Virus record (IMG/VR): IMGVR_UViG_2563366825_000022
Coordinates: 1-14,028 of that record
Strand: one strand, 5' to 3'
Length of the DNA stretch: 14,028 bases
Source: a virus
Taxonomy: Duplodnaviria > Heunggongvirae > Uroviricota > Caudoviricetes
In this document: positions 7,209-14,028 of the stretch, one piece after another
Layout: every line of letters starts with the position of its first letter
Position numbering within the stretch: the stretch's first letter is position 1
Made by a program: the position numbers and the translations under genes
The notes under the pieces: model-generated
Seen by the model: only the letters and a program-made list of their open reading frames with translations
Database searches by the model: none
What the model was told of the DNA's origin: nothing

Positions 7209-8291
7209 ATGGCTAACGCCTGGCTCAGATTATGGCATGACATGCCAAATGACCCTAAGTGGCGAACAATTGCCAGAGTGTCAGGGCAGCCAATTGCAAC
7301 AGTGATGGCAGTGTATATCCACCTCCTGGTGAGCGCGTCACGAAATGTCACGCGAGGTCACATTGATGTCACGACAGAAGATTTGGCAAGTGCGCTCGAC
7401 GTGACAGAAGAGGTAATTGATTCAATTTTGCAGACGATGCAGGGGCGGGTACTTGATGGTGATTTAATCACTGGATGGGAAAAACGCCAGGTGCTTAAAG
7501 AGGACAACGGCAATATTTCGCAAACCGCAAAATCTCCTGCAGAGCGCAAGAGGGCGCAGCGAGAGAGGGAAAGAAAGCGGGAACAAAATGGCGATTGTCA
7601 CGGCGCGTCACGAAATGTCACGCACATGTCACGACGAGTCACGACAGATAAAGATACAGATAAAGATACAGATAAAGATACAGATCAAGAAGATCAAAAC
7701 ACTATGGTCCATGGCGTAAAAAACGCCACGAACCAGGCAGGGGATGTTCAGACCGTCAATCTTGGTCAGCCAGCAGGCACGACACCGGAAGCCGATTCAG
7801 CGTATGCGCTGAAAGCCGATTCGGGCGCTGTGCAGCAGGTGATGACCGCAAGGCCGGAGCAATCACACCAACTGCAGCAGCCCGAAGCCGATTCCGCCAT
7901 TCAGCGGGAAGCCGATCGGGTAGTCCCGGAAAACACCGGGCAGTCTGTGGGACGAGTGGATTATCCGGATGTGTTCGAACAGGTCTGGCGGGAGTACCCG
8001 TTGCGTGCCGGAGCAAACCCGAAGAAATCCGCTTTCAGTGCCTGGAAGGCCAGATTACGCGAGGGGGTGCCACCAGAAGCCATGCTGGATGGCGTGAGGC
8101 GTTACGCAAGATACTTGGCGGCTACCGGGAAAACGGGAACGGAATTTGTTCAGCGAGCGACGACGTTTTTTGGACCGGACCGGAATTTTGAGAACCCCTG
8201 GTTGCTCCCGGTAAGCGGCACGAACAACCAGCGTTGTGTGAATCATATTTCTGAACCGGATAACGAAATTCCGCCGGGCTTCAGGGGGTAA
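7209..8291 (+). CDS. Replication initiator, O-like/YdaU-type (DUF1376-like N-terminus), 360 aa, with an internal origin-like region
   Basis: GAGGTG precedes ATG 7209 (the ORF track starts at GTG 7203). N-terminal WLRLWHDMPNDPKWRTIA motif resembles the family I recall as DUF1376. Iteron clusters and a DKDT-repeat linker lie inside the gene, as lambda ori lies inside O. Confidence 0.7.
   Translation: MANAWLRLWHDMPNDPKWRTIARVSGQPIATVMAVYIHLLVSASRNVTRGHIDVTTEDLASALDVTEEVIDSILQTMQGRVLDGDLITGWEKRQVLKEDNGNISQTAKSPAERKRAQRERERKREQNGDCHGASRNVTHMSRRVTTDKDTDKDTDKDTDQEDQNTMVHGVKNATNQAGDVQTVNLGQPAGTTPEADSAYALKADSGAVQQVMTARPEQSHQLQQPEADSAIQREADRVVPENTGQSVGRVDYPDVFEQVWREYPLRAGANPKKSAFSAWKARLREGVPPEAMLDGVRRYARYLAATGKTGTEFVQRATTFFGPDRNFENPWLLPVSGTNNQRCVNHISEPDNEIPPGFRG
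7337..7373. repeat. Iteron-like cluster 1: four GTCACG/GTCACA hexamers at 10-11 bp phasing
   Basis: Hexamers at 7337, 7347, 7357 and 7368. The surrounding 21-nt string GCGCGTCACGAAATGTCACGC is repeated exactly at 7603-7623. Confidence 0.6.
7597..7643. repeat. Iteron-like cluster 2: five GTCACG hexamers at 10-11 bp phasing, adjacent to an AT-rich tandem repeat (putative ori core)
   Basis: Hexamers at 7597, 7607, 7617, 7628 and 7638, followed directly by an AT-rich repeat. The layout mirrors lambda ori (iterons plus AT-rich region inside the initiator gene). Confidence 0.6.
7647..7682. repeat. 12-bp perfect tandem repeat (GATAAAGATACA) x3, encoding a DKDT-repeat linker
   Basis: Three exact copies followed by a degenerate copy (GATCAAGAAGATCAAAAC). 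AT-rich, immediately 3' of iteron cluster 2. Confidence 0.8.
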
Positions 8292-8331
8292 GTGTTAATT
8301 TCTGGTCATGAGGTAATTTTCAGGAGGGCTT

Positions 8332-8757
8332 GTGGCAAAAGTTTTTACACAAGAAGAGCGGGAAAAAATTAAAGGGCAGGTTGTTGAACTCGTACGCCAG
8401 AGTGGGCGCGAGACGTTACGACAACTGGAAGCTAAAACTGGGGCAACAAGATATCTGATGAGCGTTCTTGCCAGAGAACTGGTAGCCAGTGGCGATGTAT
8501 ACAACTCCGGCTGCGGATTATTCCCGTCTGAACAGGCGCGTAAGGACTGGCAAAATGCCCGCAAAAAACTCTCAAGGGCAAAGGTGAAGAAACCTGCAGT
8601 GGTTGATCCGGACCTTATCTGGTCGTTACCAGACGGCGAAATACGCCGCTACGACAGGCGTCTGAATATAATCTGTCGCGAGTGCCGGAAGAGCGAAGCT
8701 ATGCAGCGTGTACTGGCATTTTATCAAGGAAATGTTAGGTATTTTAGACGTTACTAG
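8332..8757 (+). CDS. Hypothetical basic protein, 141 aa, in the position normally held by the helicase loader (P/DnaC-like)
   Basis: AGGAGG lies 4 nt upstream of GTG 8332. Lys/Arg-rich with a possible HTH-like stretch (ATRYLMSVLARELVASG). I recognise no family from the sequence. Confidence 0.55.
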   Translation: MAKVFTQEEREKIKGQVVELVRQSGRETLRQLEAKTGATRYLMSVLARELVASGDVYNSGCGLFPSEQARKDWQNARKKLSRAKVKKPAVVDPDLIWSLPDGEIRRYDRRLNIICRECRKSEAMQRVLAFYQGNVRYFRRY

Positions 8758-8910
8758 ATTAAAGAGCATTAGTTCAGATGTGAATTGACATTTTCATGGC
8801 GCAGGGTAGAGCCAGCGTGGTTGTCCGCTTTGCGTCAAAACCAGATATTACCAGATTTAGACATATATTCCCGATAGCCCTGCTCTGATGCTACACTCTG
8901 TGCTATTTTC

Positions 8911-9597
8911 ATGACCCCAATAAAAATATTTATGACTATTGCTGATTTCAAACGGCCTAAATTGGAGCTCCCAAACGGGGCAAACAAACTACTACTGCAC
9001 TCTTGCTGTGCTCCATGTTCCGGTGAAGTGATGGAGGCGCTTCAGGCCTCGGGAATCGACTACACCATCTTTTTCTACAACCCGAACATTCATCCTCAGA
9101 AAGAGTATTTAATTCGTAAGGATGAAAATATTCGCTTTGCTGAACAACACGGCGTGCCGTTTATCGATGCTGATTACGACACCGACAACTGGTTTGAACG
9201 TGCCAAAGGAATGGAATGGGAGCCTGAGAGGGGGATCCGTTGTACCATGTGTTTTGACATGCGTTTTGAGCGGACAGCGTTGTACGCTGCTGAAAATGGT
9301 TTCAGTGTGATCAGCAGTTCACTGGGCATTTCGCGCTGGAAAAATATGCAGCAGGTTAACGAGTGTGGGCGGCGAGCTGTTGCGCATTATCCGGGTATGG
9401 TATACTGGGATTATAACTGGCGCAAGCAGGGCGGCTCGTCCCGTATGATTGAAATCAGCAAGCGCGAAAAATTCTATCAGCAGGAATATTGTGGCTGTGT
9501 GTATTCTCTGCGCGATACCAATCTACACCGCAAATCTCAGGGACGCCCTCTTATCAAAATTGGCCAACTCCACTACGGAAAAGAAGAGAAGGAGTGA
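8911..9597 (+). CDS. queH: QueH-like protein (DUF208; epoxyqueuosine reductase family, Fe-S), 228 aa
   Basis: N-terminal [11 protein letters not shown] motif followed by FFYNPNIHP, with further Cys pairs ([14 protein letters not shown]), fits my recollection of DUF208/QueH. No clear SD; alternative ATG at 8932. Preceded by a 150-bp intergenic region. Confidence 0.6.
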   Translation: MTPIKIFMTIADFKRPKLELPNGANKLLLHSCCAPCSGEVMEALQASGIDYTIFFYNPNIHPQKEYLIRKDENIRFAEQHGVPFIDADYDTDNWFERAKGMEWEPERGIRCTMCFDMRFERTALYAAENGFSVISSSLGISRWKNMQQVNECGRRAVAHYPGMVYWDYNWRKQGGSSRMIEISKREKFYQQEYCGCVYSLRDTNLHRKSQGRPLIKIGQLHYGKEEKE

Positions 9598-9834
9598 TTT
9601 TATGGATCACCTTTCTGATTGATTTCATATTGGCGAGGTGACGTGAGTTAAGTAGAATTGCTGCGGGTGCTTGAGGCTATCTGCCTCAGGCATGAACACC
9701 AAAAGGCAGATAGAGAAAAGCCCCAGTTAACATTACGCGTCCTGCAAGACGCTTAACATTAATCTGAGGCTCAATCCATGCTGAACACATGTAGGTTAGC
9801 CTCTTACGTGCCGAAAGGCAAGGAGAAGCAGGCT

Positions 9835-9990
9835 ATGAAGCAGCAAAAGGCGATGTTAATCGCCCTGATCGTCATCTGTTTAACCGTCATAGTGACGGCA
9901 CTGGTAACGAGGAAAGACCTCTGCGAGGTACGAATCCGAACCGGCCAGACGGAGGTCGCTGTCTTCACAGCTTACGAACCTGAGGAGTAA
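9835..9990 (+). CDS. hokD: Hok/Gef-family type I toxin (HokD/RelF-like), 51 aa
   Basis: AAGGAGAAG precedes ATG 9835. Product MKQQKAMLIALIVICLTVIVTALVTRKDLCEVRIRTGQTEVAVFTAYEPEE has the Hok transmembrane helix and conserved C-terminal region. The ORF track's in-frame extension from ATG 9778 may be a mok-like leader frame. Confidence 0.85.
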   Translation: MKQQKAMLIALIVICLTVIVTALVTRKDLCEVRIRTGQTEVAVFTAYEPEE

Positions 9991-10058
9991 GAGACCAGGC
10001 GGGGGAGAAATCCCTCGCCACCTCTGATGTGTCAGGCATCCTCAACGCACCCGCACTT

Positions 10059-10086
10059 AACCCGCTTCGGCGGGTTTTGTTTTTTC
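10059..10086 (+). terminator. Intrinsic terminator downstream of hok
   Basis: Hairpin CCCGC-TTCG-GCGGG followed by TTTTGTTTTTT. Confidence 0.65.
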
Positions 10087-10157
10087 CTGGCATTCTGGTT
10101 TACAATTCGCACGCCAGCCTGAACAACTGGCACCTGCTGCGCCAGCAGAGACAACCG

Positions 10158-10436
10158 ATGGCGCACGATACCAAATTATACAATTCTGATAATTCTGCCG
10201 TCTTTGCCAGCAGGTGCGGGCGGCGTTCTCATGCATTCAAATCTGACAGGTTACAGCACGCCCCATGCACTGAAGAACAGGCCGAATGGCTGATTCAGTG
10301 TTACCGCAGGCGTGGATACGAGGTTAAGAAAGCCCTCAGCCTCGATTATCGTCACTGGATAATCTACGTCAGGCTGCCGTACTCCGAGCGCCCACCGCGT
10401 CCGTCCCGCACATTCCAGCAACGCATCTGGAGGTAA
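10158..10436 (+). CDS. Rem-like small protein, 92 aa
   Basis: Internal ATG of ORF 10029..10436, chosen because the hok terminator lies inside the upstream part of that ORF. Sits between hok and the DUF968 gene, as rem does in Qin. Weak SD. Confidence 0.45.
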   Translation: MAHDTKLYNSDNSAVFASRCGRRSHAFKSDRLQHAPCTEEQAEWLIQCYRRRGYEVKKALSLDYRHWIIYVRLPYSERPPRPSRTFQQRIWR

Positions 10437-10437
10437 C

Positions 10438-11496
10438 GTGCGGGTATTACTTCGACCTGTTCTGGTACCGGAACTCGGGCTGGTGATCGTTAAGCCGGGC
10501 CGTGAATCCATGCCGGTATTCCACAATACCCGGGTACTGGTGGAGCCGGAACCGAAAAGCATGCGTAATCTGCCGTCCGGGGGCGTTCCTGCCGTTCGCC
10601 AGCCGCTGGCGGAGGATAAATCATTACTGCCATTTTTCAGCGACGAACGAGTGATTCGTGCTGCTGGTGGCGCTGGCGCATTGTCTGACTGGTTACTGCG
10701 CCATGTTAAATCCTGCCAGTGGCCACACGGCTATTATCATCACAGCGAAACCGTCATTCACCGTTATGGTACCGGCGCAATGGTGTTGTGCTGGCACTGC
10801 GACAACCAGCTGCGTGACCAGACATCCGAATCACTCGAGCAACTTGCTCATCAAAACCTGTCAGCATGGATGATTGACGTCATCGGTCACGCAATAAGCG
10901 GTACGCAGGAGCGTGAATTATCTCTGGCTGAATTATCCTGGTGGGCGGTCTGCAATCAGGTAGCGGACGCACTACCGGAGGCTGTATTACGCCGCTCACT
11001 GGGATTACCGGCGGAGAAAATCCGCTCGCTTTATCGCGAGAGCGACATCATACCGGGAGAGCAGACAGCCACCAGCATACTGAAGCAGCGCACAAAAAAT
11101 ATTGCGCTACCACTTCACGCCCACCAGCAACAAATCCGGCCACAGGAAAAGACGGTGGTCAGCATTGCCGTTGATCCGGAGTCACCGGCTCAGTATCTCC
11201 AGCGCCAGAAACCACAACGGGAAGAGATGCCTGTATACACGCGCTGGGTAAAAACGCAGAAATGCATGACGTGCGGTAATCAGGCAGATGATCCGCATCA
11301 CATCATTGGTCATGGACTGGGAGGGATGGGAACAAAGGCTGACGATTTGTTTGTTATTCCGTTGTGCCGTAAATGCCATAACAAACTACATGCCGGAGTA
11401 AAAGATTTTGAAGAAAAACACGGCAGTCAGCTGTTGTTGCTGATTCGTTTTTTAATGCACGCGAGAAATTCGGGTGTTCTGAAGTGGAAAGCATAA
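10438..11496 (+). CDS. DUF968/YdfU-like protein with a C-terminal HNH-type zinc-finger nuclease motif, 352 aa
   Basis: GGAGG precedes GTG 10438. C-terminus CMTCGNQADDPHHIIGHG…CRKCHNKLH has the CxxC…HH…CxxCH…H pattern of HNH nucleases. Synteny with rusA and Q. Confidence 0.7.
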   Translation: MRVLLRPVLVPELGLVIVKPGRESMPVFHNTRVLVEPEPKSMRNLPSGGVPAVRQPLAEDKSLLPFFSDERVIRAAGGAGALSDWLLRHVKSCQWPHGYYHHSETVIHRYGTGAMVLCWHCDNQLRDQTSESLEQLAHQNLSAWMIDVIGHAISGTQERELSLAELSWWAVCNQVADALPEAVLRRSLGLPAEKIRSLYRESDIIPGEQTATSILKQRTKNIALPLHAHQQQIRPQEKTVVSIAVDPESPAQYLQRQKPQREEMPVYTRWVKTQKCMTCGNQADDPHHIIGHGLGGMGTKADDLFVIPLCRKCHNKLHAGVKDFEEKHGSQLLLLIRFLMHARNSGVLKWKA

Positions 11497-11877
11497 ATGA
11501 CCGAACGCATAGAATTTGTTTTGCCTTACCCGCCGACGGTGAACACTTACTGGCGACGCCGTGGCAGCACATATTTTATCTCGGAGGAGGGAAAGCGTTA
11601 TCGCCGGGCTGTGGCGCTTATTGTTCGCCAGCAGCGGCTGAAATTAAGCCTGTCCGGAAGGCTGGTAATCAGGATTATTGCAGAGCCACCGGATAAGCGT
11701 CGTCGTGACCTGGACAATATTCTGAAAGCACCGCTGGATGCGCTGACGCACGCGGGGTTGTTAATGGACGATGAGCAGTTTGATGAAATCAATATTGTAC
11801 GTGGCCAGCCAGTATCTGGTGGACGTCTGGGGGTGAAGATTTACCCCATAATGCTTGAAGGGCAGGTCAAAAAATGA
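11497..11877 (+). CDS. rusA: Holliday-junction resolvase RusA, 126 aa
   Basis: Motifs LPYPPTVNTYWRRRG, EGKRYR and PDKRRRDLDNILKAPLDALTHAG match the RusA family. Start abuts the upstream stop; the stop overlaps the Q-like start (ATGA). Confidence 0.85.
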   Translation: MTERIEFVLPYPPTVNTYWRRRGSTYFISEEGKRYRRAVALIVRQQRLKLSLSGRLVIRIIAEPPDKRRRDLDNILKAPLDALTHAGLLMDDEQFDEINIVRGQPVSGGRLGVKIYPIMLEGQVKK

Positions 11878-12695
11878 AACTGGAAGATTTACCGAAATAC
11901 TACTCCCCAAAATCCCCCGGCCTGACTGATGCATCGGCCTCAACGTCGAAAGATGCGCTGAGTATCACTGATGTGATGGCCGCGCAGGGCATGACACAGA
12001 ATCGGGCTGAGATGGGGTTTTCTGCGTTCCTTGGGAAAATGGGCATTAGTATGAATGACAGAGAGCGGGCAACAGAATTGCTGACAGAATATGCACTCAG
12101 TCGGTGTGATCGCGTGGCGGCGTTAAGAAAACTCCCGGCAGAAATAAAACCGGCAGTGATGCGTATTATGGCTTCGTATGCGTTTGAAGATTATGCCCGT
12201 AGCGCGGCGAGCAAAAAACAGTGCCCCTGCTGTCACGGAAAAAAATTTATTGAAAGCGAGGTTTTTACAAACAAGATCCAGTATCCGGATGGTAAGCCGC
12301 CAGTGTGGGCAAAGTGCACAAAAGGCGTGTATCCGTCTTACTGGGAGGAATGGAAAAAAGTCAGGGAGGTGGTAAAAGTTGCCTGTCCGGAGTGTGGAGG
12401 GAAGGGAGAGGTATCCACTGCCTGTAAAGATTGTCGTGGGCGCGGTGTTGCCATTCATCGTGAAGAGTCGGAAAAACAGGGTGTGCCGGTTTTCAGAAAC
12501 TGTCAGCGTTGTGGTGGGCGTGGCTATGAAAGATTACCTTCAACGGAGGCATTTAATGCCATATGTAATGTAACCGATGCCATATCTCTTGATACATGGA
12601 AAAAAACAGTTAAACGTTTTTACGATACGCTGGTGGTGCAGTTTGATATTGAAGAAGCATGGGCAGAACAACAACTGAAAAAGGTGACCAGATAG
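11874..12695 (+). CDS. Late-gene antiterminator Q-like protein (QuuQ-type) with four DnaJ-like CxxCxGxG zinc-finger repeats, 273 aa
   Basis: Positioned immediately upstream of a promoter plus intrinsic terminator. Repeats CPCCHGKKF, CPECGGKGE, CKDCRGRGV and CQRCGGRGY. N-terminus MKLEDLPKYYSPKSP resembles what I recall of QuuQ. Confidence 0.6.
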   Translation: MKLEDLPKYYSPKSPGLTDASASTSKDALSITDVMAAQGMTQNRAEMGFSAFLGKMGISMNDRERATELLTEYALSRCDRVAALRKLPAEIKPAVMRIMASYAFEDYARSAASKKQCPCCHGKKFIESEVFTNKIQYPDGKPPVWAKCTKGVYPSYWEEWKKVREVVKVACPECGGKGEVSTACKDCRGRGVAIHREESEKQGVPVFRNCQRCGGRGYERLPSTEAFNAICNVTDAISLDTWKKTVKRFYDTLVVQFDIEEAWAEQQLKKVTR

Positions 12696-12700
12696 CTTTG

Positions 12701-12728
12701 TTGATTTTTCCCGAATCTGTGGTAAATT
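12701..12728 (+). promoter_or_regulatory. Putative late promoter (pR'-like) with extended -10
   Basis: TTGATT, a 16-nt spacer, then TGgTAAATT, 6 nt after the Q-like stop and about 50 nt upstream of an intrinsic terminator. Confidence 0.4.
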
Positions 12729-12776
12729 TGCCCTAACGATGGGCGTTTTATGCCTGACGTTAGAAGATTTTTTACA

Positions 12777-12800
12777 CCCCGCCGCCTGGCGGGTTTTTTA
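12777..12800 (+). terminator. Intrinsic terminator (tR'-like) downstream of the putative late promoter
   Basis: Hairpin CCCGCC-GCCT-GGCGGG followed by TTTTTTA. Confidence 0.65.
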
Positions 12801-12921
12801 TGACTGAAATCGCGTCAGTACAGTAAACGCGCTGGTGGCGGTGAATACCTGTCTTTCAGCTTGCTGGCTTTTTCGACAAGAGTTATTGGTGTGTCACGTT
12901 AACCGGAAAAGGGAAAAAGAC

Positions 12922-13119
12922 ATGCTGAAACAGCAGGATATGACCGAAACCGCCAGAGTGGTGTTTAATGAATTAAGTGCCACCGAACCGGCGACAGTCG
13001 GGGAGATTGCGCAGAATACTTACCTTTCACGTGAACGCTGCCAGTTAATACTGACCCAGCTTGTTATGGCGGGGCTGGCAGACTATCAGTTCGGTTGTTA
13101 CAGACGCCTTCAGTCCTGA
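12922..13119 (+). CDS. Small hypothetical protein, possibly winged-helix DNA-binding, 65 aa
   Basis: Internal ATG of ORF 12835..13119, whose GTG start has no SD. Segment TVGEIAQNTYLSRERCQLILTQLVMAGL looks like an HTH/wHTH. Weak SD; the stop lies inside a terminator hairpin. Confidence 0.4.
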   Translation: MLKQQDMTETARVVFNELSATEPATVGEIAQNTYLSRERCQLILTQLVMAGLADYQFGCYRRLQS

Positions 13120-13131
13120 AGGCTTTTTTAT
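13105..13131 (+). terminator. Intrinsic terminator overlapping the stop of the small ORF
   Basis: Hairpin GCCTTCAG-TC-CTGAAGGC followed by TTTTTTATTTG. Confidence 0.55.
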
Positions 13132-13269
13132 TTGTGGTAAATGGGCGACTGGTGGGTGTTAGGGGCACTCACCAGCCATCTGCTCATGCGTCCGGATCAC
13201 AAGCAAACCTCAGGCCCACTGCTTTGCGCAAAAGCAGAATGAGCCTATCAGAGACAGGCTTAATGATCC

Positions 13270-14028
13270 ATGCTTAGTACTGTAAAAATATCCAGTTGTG
13301 AGTTAATCAACGCCGACTGCCTGGAATTTATCCGGTCGTTACCCGAAAATTCTGTTGACCTGATAGTCACGGACCCGCCGTACTTTAAAGTGAAGCCTGA
13401 GGGCTGGGATAACCAGTGGAAGGGCGACGATGATTACCTGAAGTGGCTGGACCAGTGTCTTGCGCAGTTCTGGCGGGTGCTGAAACCTGCCGGAAGTCTT
13501 TACCTGTTCTGTGGCCATCGCCTGGCGTCTGACATTGAAATCATGATGCGTGAACGCTTCAATGTGCTGAACCATATTATCTGGGCGAAGCCGTCCGGAC
13601 GCTGGAACGGGTGCAACAAGGAAAGCCTGAGGGCATATTTCCCCGCCACAGAGCGCATTCTGTTCGCGGAACATTATCAGGGGCCGTATCGCCCGAAAGA
13701 TGCCGGGTATGAGGCGAAGGGCAGGGCACTGAAACAGCATGTGATGGCCCCGCTGATTTCTTACTTTCGTGATGCGCGTGCTGCCCTGGGGATAACGGCA
13801 AAACAGATTGCTGATGCCACAGGAAAGAAAAACATGGTGTCGCACTGGTTCAGTGCCAGCCAGTGGCAGCTACCGGACGAAAGCGATTATCTGAAATTAC
13901 AGGCGCTGTTTGCCCGGGTGGCAGAAGATAAGCATCAGCGCGGAGAACTGGAAAAGCCACATCACCAACTGGTCAGCACATACAGTGAACTGAACCGGCA
14001 GTATACGGAACTGCAGAGTGAATATAAG
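13270..14028 (+). CDS. DNA amino-methyltransferase (beta-class N6-adenine or N4-cytosine, DPPY motif), 3'-truncated by the window end
   Basis: Hand-translated open frame from ATG 13270 to the window end (253 codons, no stop). It is absent from the ORF track because it has no stop. N-terminus …CLEFIRSLPENSVDLIVTDPPYF… then VLKPAGSLYLF. An in-frame TGA lies just upstream of the ATG. Confidence 0.8.
   Translation, partial: MLSTVKISSCELINADCLEFIRSLPENSVDLIVTDPPYFKVKPEGWDNQWKGDDDYLKWLDQCLAQFWRVLKPAGSLYLFCGHRLASDIEIMMRERFNVLNHIIWAKPSGRWNGCNKESLRAYFPATERILFAEHYQGPYRPKDAGYEAKGRALKQHVMAPLISYFRDARAALGITAKQIADATGKKNMVSHWFSASQWQLPDESDYLKLQALFARVAEDKHQRGELEKPHHQLVSTYSELNRQYTELQSEYK

Noticed and set aside
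7019-7351. Minus-strand ORF of 110 aa spanning the YdaT-like and O-like junction
   Set aside because: Antisense to two well-supported genes and crosses their intergenic SD region.
7647-7700. Possible CRISPR-like array from the GATAAAGATACA repeats
   Set aside because: Units are 12 bp, directly tandem with no spacers, and in-frame within a coding linker (DKDT repeats). Not a CRISPR array.
8758-8910. Sigma-70 promoter call for the QueH-like gene (TTGACA at 8786-8791; TACACT near 8889)
   Set aside because: The hexamers are not at compatible spacing from each other, so I could not build a defensible -35/-10 pair by eye. Left uncalled.
9778-9834. Treating the 70-aa ORF (from ATG 9778) as the hok gene itself
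   Set aside because: The Hok family is about 50 aa, and the ATG at 9835 has a strong SD. The upstream in-frame part is better read as leader or a mok-like frame.
10251-10562. Minus-strand ORF of 103 aa
   Set aside because: Antisense to the Rem-like and DUF968 genes, with no start signals.
13339-13845. Minus-strand ORFs of 168 and 74 aa
   Set aside because: Antisense to the methyltransferase frame, which carries a clear DPPY motif. Pro/Arg-rich composition typical of reverse frames.

Overview
This window reads as the integrase-proximal early half of a Qin/Kim-type lambdoid prophage, most likely from Escherichia or Shigella. All calls rest on reading the six-frame translations and the DNA by eye, with no searches run. 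Minus strand, left to right: tyrosine integrase, excisionase, an 823-aa RecE/YdfE-family exonuclease, then the dicB operon (YdfD-like, DicB, the DicF sRNA, three small YdfC/B/A-like ORFs) and a CI-type repressor with an S24 peptidase domain. Plus strand from the divergent immunity region: Cro-like, YdaT-like, an O-like initiator with internal iterons, a 141-aa unknown, a QueH-like Fe-S enzyme, a hok type I toxin, Rem-like, DUF968/HNH, RusA, a Q-like antiterminator with a late-promoter/terminator unit, a small winged-helix-like ORF, and a DNA amino-methyltransferase truncated by the window end. There are no rRNA, tRNA, CRISPR, IS, lysis or structural genes. I do not see a convincing undescribed multi-gene system. 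The least explained cargo is the 141-aa plus QueH-like pair in the usual toxin-antitoxin slot, the small ORF plus methyltransferase downstream of the late promoter, and the replication module that has two iteron clusters but no helicase-loader gene.
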